Shown one piece after another: positions 27,621 through 36,274 of a DNA stretch of 36,274 bases. The notes under the pieces are model-generated. The model was not told where the DNA came from and did no database searches. It worked only from the letters and a program-made list of their open reading frames with translations. Positions within the stretch are counted from its first letter, which is position 1; each line of letters begins with the position of its first letter. The stretch comes from an uncultured bacterium (GTDB lineage: Bacteria; Zixibacteria; MSB-5A5; JAABVY01; JAHJOQ01): NCBI GenBank assembly GCA_965369655.1, contig CBDUQR010000031.1, positions 1 to 36,274 of the forward strand. The letters are read 5' to 3'. Position numbers and translations under genes: made by a program.

Positions 27621-28196
27621 ATGGATGCACTGATTTCACTCGACATTCAGATGATGCGGCTCCTGAACCTCACGCTCTCCAACCCAGTGTTCGATGCAAT
27701 CATGCCGGTTGTCACCGATGAGTGGTTCGTCAGGTCGATTCTGGTTGTCGCAGTCGTCATGGCTCTCTGGAAAGGCGGCAGGTATGGCAGGATCACCGCG
27801 TTACTCGCAGTGCTTGCTGTCGTGATGTCGGATCAACTCTCGTCTCAATTGATAAAACCATTGGTCGGTCGCATTCGACCGTGCCACGATCTCGACTGGG
27901 TGCATCTTCTGATCAATTGCTCGTCGGGCAAATCATTTCCATCCTCTCACGCGGCAAACTCGTTCGCACAAGCGGTCTTGTGGAGTTGCAGGTATCCGAA
28001 GATCAAATGGGGCGCGTATCCATTGGCGACTCTGATCGCCTTCTCGCGGATTTCAGTAGGCGTGCATTATCCTGTCGATGTGCTTGCAGGCGTCTTGCTC
28101 GGAGTGCTCACGGGACTGACTATTCTCATTATTTACAGGTTCGGTATCTCGCGGATTCGTTTCCTTTCGACCGACGGTTCGTCCAAAAGCTCTTGA
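27621..28196 (+). CDS. PAP2-family phosphatase (lipid/undecaprenyl-diphosphate phosphatase-like)
   Basis: KPLVGRIRP (C1), SFPSSHA (C2) and SRISVGVHYPVDV (C3). Confidence 0.93.
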   Translation: MDALISLDIQMMRLLNLTLSNPVFDAIMPVVTDEWFVRSILVVAVVMALWKGGRYGRITALLAVLAVVMSDQLSSQLIKPLVGRIRPCHDLDWVHLLINCSSGKSFPSSHAANSFAQAVLWSCRYPKIKWGAYPLATLIAFSRISVGVHYPVDVLAGVLLGVLTGLTILIIYRFGISRIRFLSTDGSSKSS

Positions 28197-28220
28197 CAAA
28201 ACGGGTCTCCGGCGTATAAT
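28193..28220 (+). promoter_or_regulatory. sigma70 promoter of tRNA-Asn
   Basis: Perfect TTGACA-N16-TATAAT. Confidence 0.8.
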
Positions 28221-28261
28221 ACCTGATCGTCAATTGACGATAGTATAGATTGACAGATCAC

Positions 28262-28334
28262 TCCGGTGTAGCTCAGTTGGTAGAGCAGCTGACTGTTAAT
28301 CAGCGGGTCACAGGTTCGAGTCCTGTCACCGGAG
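28262..28334 (+). tRNA. tRNA-Asn(GTT)
   Basis: Acceptor stem TCCGGTG/CACCGGA, anticodon arm GCTGA-CT-GTT-AA-TCAGC and GGTTCGAGTCC. Followed by CTA rather than CCA. Confidence 0.97.
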
Positions 28335-28640
28335 CTATATTTAAATCCACTAAGTTTATCGGTTCTTGTTTAACGCCAAACCCTGCGACTTGACCAGATC
28401 CTGACCTCATCGTTACTGCCGCAGTTTCACTCACTTACGCCGCTCAACATATCCTCCCTGATTCTCTGTTTCGAAACATTGCATACGGGGACCGAGCGCA
28501 ACCGTGGGGGTTGTTCGCGCTTATCAAAAATTACCTTTCCGAATTCTCTCGTTCTCCGTTATTCGAGTCGCCTTGTTTAACAGCCCGGTTGCATCCGGGC
28601 GACCGAGTTGCGGTTTTCATAACCGGCCAGGGAGGCGGCC

Positions 28641-28961
28641 ATGGGAATTGACGAATCCTTAGTGGAAGAGATCGTCCGACGGATTCTCGCCGCTGCCGCG
28701 CCGGACAAGATCATTCTTTTCGGTTCCGCCGCCACGGGCGAGATGACCCGCGACAGCGACATCGACCTGCTCGTTGTCGAGCCGGACCCCGTCGACCGGC
28801 GCAAGAAGAGCGTGAAGATCGACGCGACGCTCAGCGGACTGGGCTATCCCTTCGACGTCATCGTGATCTCAACCGAGTGGTTCGAGGCCAGCAGGAACGT
28901 CATTGGCGGCATCGCGTACCCGGTCAACAAGTACGGGAAGGTGATCTATGAGGCCGCCTGA
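28641..28961 (+). CDS. Minimal nucleotidyltransferase (MNT) antitoxin
   Basis: ILFGSAATGE...DSDIDLLVV motif, GGAGG RBS, and overlap with the HEPN gene. Confidence 0.92.
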   Translation: MGIDESLVEEIVRRILAAAAPDKIILFGSAATGEMTRDSDIDLLVVEPDPVDRRKKSVKIDATLSGLGYPFDVIVISTEWFEASRNVIGGIAYPVNKYGKVIYEAA

Positions 28962-29244
28962 GGAAGAGGTCATCCGCAAGATCGTCGGCGAGTGGCCGTG
29001 CAAGGCCGACCAGGATATCGTGGCCGCGGAGACTTTGATTTCTCAAGAACCGCCGCTCCTCTATCCATCGTGCTTCCACTCCCAACAAGCCGCAGAGAAA
29101 TACCTGAAGGCCTATCTCACCCGCCGCCAGGTGGAGTTTCCCAGGACGCACAGCATCAGGGAGAATCTCAATATGGTCAAAACGGTTGACGAGGAATTGG
29201 CGACGGTGATCTCGACCGTGTCGTATAGCCGTATGATTCTTTGA
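28948..29244 (+). pseudogene. HEPN-domain toxin, apparently 3'-truncated
   Basis: CFHSQQAAEKYLKAYL and FPRTHSI are present, but the protein is only 98 aa and the usual C-terminal Y...RY helix is missing. Confidence 0.7.
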
Positions 29245-29395
29245 CACTCTGGATCGTTCCTCCAACCTGCCTTGAGTCTCCATCACCAGACATGTGATGT
29301 TTTGTACGACGGTAGACAGCTTTCTGCCAGAATCAAGCTCACCTTTAGAGGCCTCATAGGAACCGTGTCTATTGGGGCGCGGCGCTCCCATATTG

Positions 29396-30379
29396 TCACC
29401 ACTCAAGAAGCGCGGAAGCCCAGGTCAAGCCACTGCCAAAGGCAACCATCAGGACTTTGTCTCCCGGCTTCAGACGCCCTTGACGATTGGCTTCATCAAG
29501 AGCCAAAGGGATTGATGCCGATGATGTATTGCCATACTTGTCGATGTTCACGACCATTTTGTCCATACTAACATGCAACCGCTTGGCCAATCCTTGAATG
29601 ATGCGAATATTAGCTTGATGCGGCACAATCAATGAAATATCAGAAAGTTCCAGGCCGGCGTCTTCAATAACCTTCACTGATGCGTTGTACATCTCACGTA
29701 CGGCCAGCTTGTAGACATCAGGACCATTCATTCGGAGTTTGTCTGAACCATCGTTTGCGAAGTTCGGAGTATACGGGTTTTTCACACCACCAGTGGGAAT
29801 CCAAAGCAACTCACGCTGTGTTCCGTCGGATTTCATGAACGTGGACAAAACCCCGTGGCCGTTCCTATCCTCGCCAACAACAACTGCACCGGCAGCATCA
29901 CCAAACAGGACGCAAGTGTTACGATCCGTGTAATCGGTTACGGATGTAAGTTTCTCGCTTCCCGCAACAATGATCGTATTGCACATTCCTGATTCAATAA
30001 ATGATGCGGCAATGATTAAACCATTTAAGAAACCTGAGCAAGCCGATACAACATCAAAGGCTACCGCATTAGGGAGGCCGATCTTCTCCTGGACTATGCA
30101 TGCCGTGGAAGGCATGCGATAATCGGGTGTGGTGGTTCCCACTATCAGCATATCGATATCTTCACAGTGGCATGTGGACATATCCAGAGCTCGCTGGATA
30201 GCTTCCACAGCCATGTCGGATGTAGCGCAATCGTCACCCGCGATTCGCCGTTCTCGGATACCCGTGTGACTGTAAATCCATTCATCAGATGTGTTCAACA
30301 TCTGCTCAAGGTCAGCGTTGGTCAACCGTTTGGGTGGTACGTACGAACCAGTTCCGATTATTCTTGCTCTTAACTTCAT
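29396..30379 (-). CDS. fabH: 3-oxoacyl-ACP synthase III
   Basis: GTGSYVP, TGIRERR, catalytic SACSGF, LFGDAAGA, PHQANIRI, YGNTSSASIP and FGSGLTW motifs. ATG at 30379. Confidence 0.93.
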   Translation of the reverse strand: MKLRARIIGTGSYVPPKRLTNADLEQMLNTSDEWIYSHTGIRERRIAGDDCATSDMAVEAIQRALDMSTCHCEDIDMLIVGTTTPDYRMPSTACIVQEKIGLPNAVAFDVVSACSGFLNGLIIAASFIESGMCNTIIVAGSEKLTSVTDYTDRNTCVLFGDAAGAVVVGEDRNGHGVLSTFMKSDGTQRELLWIPTGGVKNPYTPNFANDGSDKLRMNGPDVYKLAVREMYNASVKVIEDAGLELSDISLIVPHQANIRIIQGLAKRLHVSMDKMVVNIDKYGNTSSASIPLALDEANRQGRLKPGDKVLMVAFGSGLTWASALLEW

Positions 30380-30405
30380 TTTCACAAGTCCATTGTTTTT
30401 TGTCC

Positions 30406-32088
30406 TCAGCGGTGCCGTGATCGAAAGATGTTCCATAACAGTAGGAGTCCCAGTACTGATGCGATCAAATAGCCAATAACACCAACTAACGGGAAACCAA
30501 AAAGATTCGGCCCCGATGGAACTTGCATTACCAATGACGAACCAATAATCAGAGCTGCAATAATCACGGCAGAAGAGATGCGATTTGAACTTTGGTTGTA
30601 CTCTTTTGCGAGATTATCGAGATTACGATGTTCAAACTGGATACGCAGTTCGCCAGCATTGATTTTCCGAAGAGTATCGCGCACACCCTGTGGTAGCTCC
30701 TCAACCAGGTTACTAAAATCATCAAACACATTCAGGAGGTCCCTGAAACGGCGTCTTGGGTCATAGCGCCTAAACATAATCCGGCTGACATACGGCCGTA
30801 CTTCAGACACCATATCAAAATCCGGGTGAAGCAGTCTGCCTAACCCTTCCACCGTGACCAGGGCTTTCAGCATCAGCGACAAGTTTGAGGGAAGTGTCAT
30901 TTGATGTGTTCTGAAGATACTAAAGGCCTCCTTCAGGATGTCACTAACCTTTAGTTCCTGGAGAGGCACTTCGTAGTATTGACTGACAAAGCTGTTGATA
31001 TCCGCACGGAGTGTAACCTTGTTTGCGATATCATGGGTAATGCCCAATGCGTCAAACGCCCTGAGTATTCTGTTAGTATCCTTATGAATTATGCCGGTCA
31101 GCACACTTCCCAGTGCTTCTATGGTCGATTCATCCAGGCTACCAACCATACCGTAATCAAGTGGCGCGATGACATTACTCTCAAGTACCAGTATATTACC
31201 AGGGTGGGGATCGGCATGAAAGAAGCCGTGCTGAAAGACCTGTTTCAGTATCAACTGAGCGCCCCGCTCAGCGATTACAGTACGATCCAATCCCTTTCTT
31301 TCGAGTTCATCCAAGCGAGATGCCTTAATACCATCCACAAAATCCATAACCAGTACACGGTGCGAACTCAGCTCCGGATAGAAACTCGGGATTAACACGG
31401 TAGGATCATCAACGAACATTTGACCGAATCGATGGATGTTGCGTCCCTCTGAGAGAAAGTCTAGTTCTCGATGTATAGAGCGATCAAACTCCTCGACGAC
31501 AGCCACAGGATCGGAAAACACTGTATTGAGAGAATGACGATGAAGAACTTTAGCCAAGTCTGAAAGGATTTCCAAATCTACGTTTATAACGTCTTGAATA
31601 TCGGGACGTTGAATCTTTATGACAACCTGTCTGCCGTCGTGAAGTGTAGCCCGATGCACTTGAGCAATTGAAGCGGCTGCCAGTGGCTGCTCATCAATGT
31701 GTGAGAAGGCTGTTTCGAGTTCTTGTTTCAATTCCTCTTTGATAATATTTCGTACTTCCTCATAGGAGAAGGGGCTGACTTCATCTTGGAGTTTCTGTAA
31801 CTCTGCAGCAATATCAAGCGGTACAATATCTGGTCGCATGCTGAGAACCTGAGCCAGTTTCACAAATGTCGGCCCGAGCTCCTCGGCTGCATACCGCAAT
31901 CGTTCTGCCCTCGACATAGTAGAATCAACATGTTTACCCAGAAGGGGGATGATCTTGTCGCCAAATCGTCCGATAAGGTCCTTGCGCGTGACATCCACGA
32001 CATCACCAAATCCGTACTTCAGGAGAATACCAAGGATTTGCCGGTAGCGGTGCATATGTCGCCAACCGCGCCCGATTCTAAAAGACAT
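30406..32088 (-). CDS. ABC1/UbiB/AarF family atypical kinase
   Basis: LGPTFVKLAQ, AAASIAQVH, VIKIQRP, FFHADPHPGN and LDYGMVG motifs, plus two C-terminal TM helices. Confidence 0.93.
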   Translation of the reverse strand: MSFRIGRGWRHMHRYRQILGILLKYGFGDVVDVTRKDLIGRFGDKIIPLLGKHVDSTMSRAERLRYAAEELGPTFVKLAQVLSMRPDIVPLDIAAELQKLQDEVSPFSYEEVRNIIKEELKQELETAFSHIDEQPLAAASIAQVHRATLHDGRQVVIKIQRPDIQDVINVDLEILSDLAKVLHRHSLNTVFSDPVAVVEEFDRSIHRELDFLSEGRNIHRFGQMFVDDPTVLIPSFYPELSSHRVLVMDFVDGIKASRLDELERKGLDRTVIAERGAQLILKQVFQHGFFHADPHPGNILVLESNVIAPLDYGMVGSLDESTIEALGSVLTGIIHKDTNRILRAFDALGITHDIANKVTLRADINSFVSQYYEVPLQELKVSDILKEAFSIFRTHQMTLPSNLSLMLKALVTVEGLGRLLHPDFDMVSEVRPYVSRIMFRRYDPRRRFRDLLNVFDDFSNLVEELPQGVRDTLRKINAGELRIQFEHRNLDNLAKEYNQSSNRISSAVIIAALIIGSSLVMQVPSGPNLFGFPLVGVIGYLIASVLGLLLLWNIFRSRHR

Positions 32089-32092
32089 TACA

Positions 32093-33064
32093 TCACTTCC
32101 CTTTCTCCAGCAATGCGTCAAGCCGGCGTTTTGTCTCATCATACCCCACTGCTATTGCTTCACTGGCTCTGTTGAACCCAAGAAAATTGATGTGTGATAG
32201 GTTGGGCTGAATCAAGAGATCAGGCGGATCGGTCTTAAGCCTTGTGGCAGAAATTTGTGCTTCCATAATATTGATAGAGGTGTTCAATATATCAAAGATG
32301 CTCGGCAGTCGTTCTACGTCCGGACTATGCCTTATCCATGACAAAGCGGAGAAATCAATAGCAGCAATTCTGTCATTCAGGGCTTCCAATAATCTATTCC
32401 TCTTTTTTGTGACTTGTTGATCTTCTTTCTCCGAATGTGCGACGCCAAATTCATGGGCGGTTTTTTGTGCCGATTCACTCCCACCAACAATGCCATGACT
32501 TAGGTCAACGGCTATGACGAAATCGGCCCCCATCTCTCTTACAACGCTCACTGGAACCGGATTGACCAACCCTCCATCCACTAGAATCCTGCCATTATTT
32601 CTAACAGGTGTGAATATACCTGGAATGGAGATACTGGCCCTGACCGCCTCTATGATGTCTCCTTCTCTTATCACTACCTCGTCTCCTGTGTTCAAATCCG
32701 TTGACACGGCACAGAATGGGATAGGTAACTCCTCGATATTGGTCTTTTTCAAGTGATTTTGAACGAACTTCGCTACCTTTTTGCCGTCAATAAGTCCGGA
32801 TTTCGGTAAGACAACATCAAAGAGATGAGCGATCTGTTTCCAGTCAAGCTGAACCGCAACCTCTTCCAAAGCATTAATATTACCCGAAGCGAAGACTGAT
32901 CCAACTACTGCGCCGATACTTGTGCCGGCAACATAATCAATGCTGATACTGGTTTCAGCCAAGGCTCGAATCACTCCGATATGTGCCCACCCTCGAGCAG
33001 ATCCACTACCCAAGGCAAGGCCAATCTTCCCTGGATTCCATCGATTATGCTTTGATGAGACCAT
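32093..33064 (-). CDS. Patatin-like phospholipase (RssA-like)
   Basis: GSGSARG, GTSIG, RASISIPGIF and DGGLVNPVP motifs. Confidence 0.93.
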   Translation of the reverse strand: MVSSKHNRWNPGKIGLALGSGSARGWAHIGVIRALAETSISIDYVAGTSIGAVVGSVFASGNINALEEVAVQLDWKQIAHLFDVVLPKSGLIDGKKVAKFVQNHLKKTNIEELPIPFCAVSTDLNTGDEVVIREGDIIEAVRASISIPGIFTPVRNNGRILVDGGLVNPVPVSVVREMGADFVIAVDLSHGIVGGSESAQKTAHEFGVAHSEKEDQQVTKKRNRLLEALNDRIAAIDFSALSWIRHSPDVERLPSIFDILNTSINIMEAQISATRLKTDPPDLLIQPNLSHINFLGFNRASEAIAVGYDETKRRLDALLEKGK

Positions 33065-33081
33065 AGTCTTCTTCTACCCAA

Positions 33082-33390
33082 TCATTCGGTGGGCTTCTTC
33101 ACCGCAACTCTCGCTATGTCAAAAACGAAAGCAGAGATGCCTTCGTACTCGGCCTCCTGGTTGAACTGTTCGACCTTCTCCATCAGAGAATCTAACCTAT
33201 CGTCTTCGATCGGGAATAGCACGGCTCCGTTGTTACCCGGCCACACCTGAGTTCCCATCCGAGGACGAAATCCCGCAGCTTTGCCTTGGGTCTTAGTCCA
33301 ATGAGTATAGAATTCGACGTGTTCAGATTTGAGAAGCTGCAGAACCTCATCGGTTTTCCCCTCAAAGAATGACATAAACACCATTTTCAT
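33082..33390 (-). CDS. PII-like transporter-associated protein (PG0541-like)
   Basis: 102 aa with YTHW-xxxxG...PRMGTQVWPG-xN. Overlaps the RND stop codon. Confidence 0.75.
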   Translation of the reverse strand: MKMVFMSFFEGKTDEVLQLLKSEHVEFYTHWTKTQGKAAGFRPRMGTQVWPGNNGAVLFPIEDDRLDSLMEKVEQFNQEAEYEGISAFVFDIARVAVKKPTE

Positions 33391-36274
33391 GAGGATTCTC
33401 CTTCTACCTGATTCTTTCGCCCTTCAAAGATGGAGTAGATCACCGGAATAAGCACCAGCGTCACAAGCGTTGAAACCAACATCCCGCCAATGACCGTTAT
33501 TCCAAGCGGCCGCCACATTTCAGCTCCTTCGTTTCTGCTGAGTGCCATCGGGAGCATCCCAAACATAGTCGTCAGGGCAGTCATAAGAACAGGTCGCAAT
33601 CGATGTTTGCCGCCCAGCGAGACGGCCTCAATCAGTTTGAGTCCTCGCTTACGAAGGATGTTGGTGTAGTCGATCAGAACAATCGCGTTCTTTACGACAA
33701 TGCCAACCAGAATAATGACGCCTATAAAGGACATAAGATTCAAAGTCGTCTGAGTAATGAAGAATGCCCAGATCACTCCAACAAAGGCAAACGGAATAGA
33801 GAACATGATTATGAATGGATCACGGAAAGATTCAAACTGTGATGCCATCACCATGTAAACCAGGAGTAGACTCAAAATCAACAGGAGAAAAAGATCTGAG
33901 AAAGTTTCTTTCTGCTCCTTAACTGATCCGCCGAAGGTTACATCTATACCTTCAGGAATTTCTAAATCGTTCAGCTGTTCCTGGATATCTGCTGCGATAT
34001 CACCCAGGGGACGTTTATATATATCAGCTCCGACTTTTACGATTCTCTCACGATCCTGTCTTTCGATTTCAGTAGGACTTGTAGATTCCTCAATATTCGC
34101 AATACTGCCCAACCGGAGCGTGGTTCCAGACCCGGTAGTGATGACCAATCTGTTGATATCCTCGATAGTCTTCCGCTTATTCTCTTTTGCTCTTAGATAG
34201 ACTTCGAATTCGTCACCATCTTCCCGATATTGTGTAGCTTCCGTACCGAATACCTGGGTTCGCAACGCAATCGAAATCTGTGCTACGTTGGTTCCGGCAA
34301 GAGCCGCTTTCTCACGGTTGATATTCACCAAAAGCTCGGGTCTACCTAACCCTCTGGAAATTTTGGTGTCCTTAGTACCAGGTACGTTCTCGACAATTCT
34401 CTTGATATCCTGAGCGAGCATGTCGGTTTGTTCAACATCATGCCCTATGATCTCAATGGTAATCGGTTTGTCTCCACCGAAAAGAATGTCAGCAATCGGA
34501 TTACCTGCCTTTATGTCCAGCTTCATAATCCCCGGTATTGTCTTGGCATACTCCCTGATGACGTTAGCCACCTCGCGACTGGATCGGTCACGTAGTTTCT
34601 GTTCAACAAGTTTTGCTCCTACTTGCCCTTTGTGTGTTCCTCCAGCTTGTCCTATCGCTACCGAGAAAGCCTGAGAAGACTGGCCAACTCGAGTGAAAAT
34701 ATGCTTTGCTTCTGGAATACTATCTCGTAATACTTGTTCAAGTTCATATGCCACTACGGCTGTAGCTTCCATCCTGGTACCCGGAGCCATCTCGAATTCT
34801 ACCACTACGTCACCGGTATCTCCCTGCGGGATAAACTCAGTGGACAGAAACGGCACAAGCCCGCCCGACCCAAAAAATACTACTGCGGTGACCAGTATGG
34901 TCTTTTTCTTGTTCCGTAAAGCCCAGGACAACAGCGTAGCATATTTCCCTTCAACAGCATTGAACCATCGTTCACTCGTATTGTGAGCTCTCTTAAGAAG
35001 GGAGTTATTGCTATACTTGTTATTCGATTTGTACATTAGACGAGAAGCCAGAGCAGGTGTCAGAGTAAGCGAGGCAAAGAGAGACGCAAGGACTGTTATT
35101 ATGACTGCCGCTGCCAGCTGCTGGAACATGATGCCAACCAAACCACTCGCAAATAGCATAGGAGCAAATACCGCTACTATAGTTAGAGTGGAGGCCACTA
35201 CTGCCATCCCCACTTCAGAAGTGCCATAGACAGATGCTTCGACAGGGCGCGAACCAGTCTCTATATGCCTGGTGATGTTTTCCAGCACAACAATGGCATT
35301 ATCCACCACAATTCCAACTGCAATCGCCAGACTCATAAGGGAAACCATGTTGATGGTGTATTCGAACAGGAAGAAGAAGAAGAAAGCTATTATCAGTGAG
35401 AATGGAATCGTGAGAGCAATGATGAGGCTTGCCCTGATATGACGCAAGAATCCAAGAATCACAAGGATGACGATTATACCGCCAACTACTACAGCTTCAG
35501 TCATGTTGTTAAGGGAGCGTTTCGTAAAGACAGAGGTGTCAAAGATTTCGGAAATCACAACATCATCAGGTAGCCTAAGACTAAGCCTTTCGACCTCGTC
35601 TTTTACAAGATTTGCTACCTCTACGTTGTTTGCCCCCGACTGCTTCTGAACTAACAGGATAAGGCCGTTTACACCATTAGTCCTGATGTCCAGGGTTTGC
35701 TCCTTGAAGCTGTCTTCGACAGTTGCTACGTCCTTCAAATGAATCGGGCGTCCCGAATGCACGCCAACAACCACTTGTTCTATTTGCCTTGGATCAGTGA
35801 ACTCGCCCGGGACTCTTACGATGTATTCGGTTTGATTCATCTTTATGTTGCCAACGGGCATGTCCAGGTTTTCCGAGGCAATTGTACCAAGTATGGCACT
35901 AAGATTTAGATCGTAAGCTTCTATCTTGGCAGGATCGAACTCAACGCGAATCTGTCTTTCCATTCCCCCGAGAAATTGAACAGCCCCAACGCCCGGGACT
36001 CTTTTCAAGGGATCAGCTATGTGGTCATCGATCAAATGATAGAGTCCGCCATAGTTCTCATCTGCAGTAACTCCAAAGACCAGGATTGGAAACATCGATG
36101 TATTAAGCTTGAAGAGTATGGGATCATCGGCGTCATCCGGAAGCTCACGTTTTGCTAATTCCAGTAAGTCACGGATGTCATTTGAGGCTTCATCGAGATT
36201 CGCCTCGAAATCGAACAGTGCAGTTACGACCGACATGTTTTCCCTCGACATTGATTTCAACTCGTCGAGGTTAT
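33387..36274 (-). CDS. RND efflux permease (AcrB/AcrD/AcrF family), 5' end outside the window
   Basis: GIVVDNAIVVLENI, SLTLTPAL, GIVVKNAIVLID and RLRPVLMT motifs. The frame is open to the window edge. Confidence 0.95.
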   Translation of the reverse strand, partial: NLDELKSMSRENMSVVTALFDFEANLDEASNDIRDLLELAKRELPDDADDPILFKLNTSMFPILVFGVTADENYGGLYHLIDDHIADPLKRVPGVGAVQFLGGMERQIRVEFDPAKIEAYDLNLSAILGTIASENLDMPVGNIKMNQTEYIVRVPGEFTDPRQIEQVVVGVHSGRPIHLKDVATVEDSFKEQTLDIRTNGVNGLILLVQKQSGANNVEVANLVKDEVERLSLRLPDDVVISEIFDTSVFTKRSLNNMTEAVVVGGIIVILVILGFLRHIRASLIIALTIPFSLIIAFFFFFLFEYTINMVSLMSLAIAVGIVVDNAIVVLENITRHIETGSRPVEASVYGTSEVGMAVVASTLTIVAVFAPMLFASGLVGIMFQQLAAAVIITVLASLFASLTLTPALASRLMYKSNNKYSNNSLLKRAHNTSERWFNAVEGKYATLLSWALRNKKKTILVTAVVFFGSGGLVPFLSTEFIPQGDTGDVVVEFEMAPGTRMEATAVVAYELEQVLRDSIPEAKHIFTRVGQSSQAFSVAIGQAGGTHKGQVGAKLVEQKLRDRSSREVANVIREYAKTIPGIMKLDIKAGNPIADILFGGDKPITIEIIGHDVEQTDMLAQDIKRIVENVPGTKDTKISRGLGRPELLVNINREKAALAGTNVAQISIALRTQVFGTEATQYREDGDEFEVYLRAKENKRKTIEDINRLVITTGSGTTLRLGSIANIEESTSPTEIERQDRERIVKVGADIYKRPLGDIAADIQEQLNDLEIPEGIDVTFGGSVKEQKETFSDLFLLLILSLLLVYMVMASQFESFRDPFIIMFSIPFAFVGVIWAFFITQTTLNLMSFIGVIILVGIVVKNAIVLIDYTNILRKRGLKLIEAVSLGGKHRLRPVLMTALTTMFGMLPMALSRNEGAEMWRPLGITVIGGMLVSTLVTLVLIPVIYSIFEGRKNQVEGESS

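Overview
Bacterial chromosomal window, about 50-55% GC by eye in the core. Left half (515-15913, minus strand): a surface-polysaccharide locus with rmlA-C-B-D, an SLBB export protein, WecB, a heparinase II/III-like protein, a bi-domain oxidoreductase, two GT4 enzymes and a priming transferase. Middle: GDPD, a DUF3566-like membrane protein, gltX and tRNA-Gln(CTG). Right of that: gmd, rmd-like and wbpA-like genes, TPR and PAP2 genes, and tRNA-Asn(GTT). Three accessory patches are visible. (i) An AT-rich orphan gene sits between what look like remnants of an IS1-family element. (ii) Behind tRNA-Gln lie a serine-recombinase stump, a REP-flanked RAYT (HUH/Y1) gene and a Kef antiporter lodged between two cognate REPs. 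(iii) Behind tRNA-Asn lie an MNT-HEPN pair and a lower-GC RND/PII-like/patatin/UbiB/FabH operon. The most unusual signal is non-coding. A 21-24 nt unit (CCCTTCG-n2/4-GCTCAGRA-n4/5) occurs four times, each time inside one of three unrelated REP-like hairpins, and removing it restores the host hairpin. All family assignments come from motif recognition; no database searches were run.
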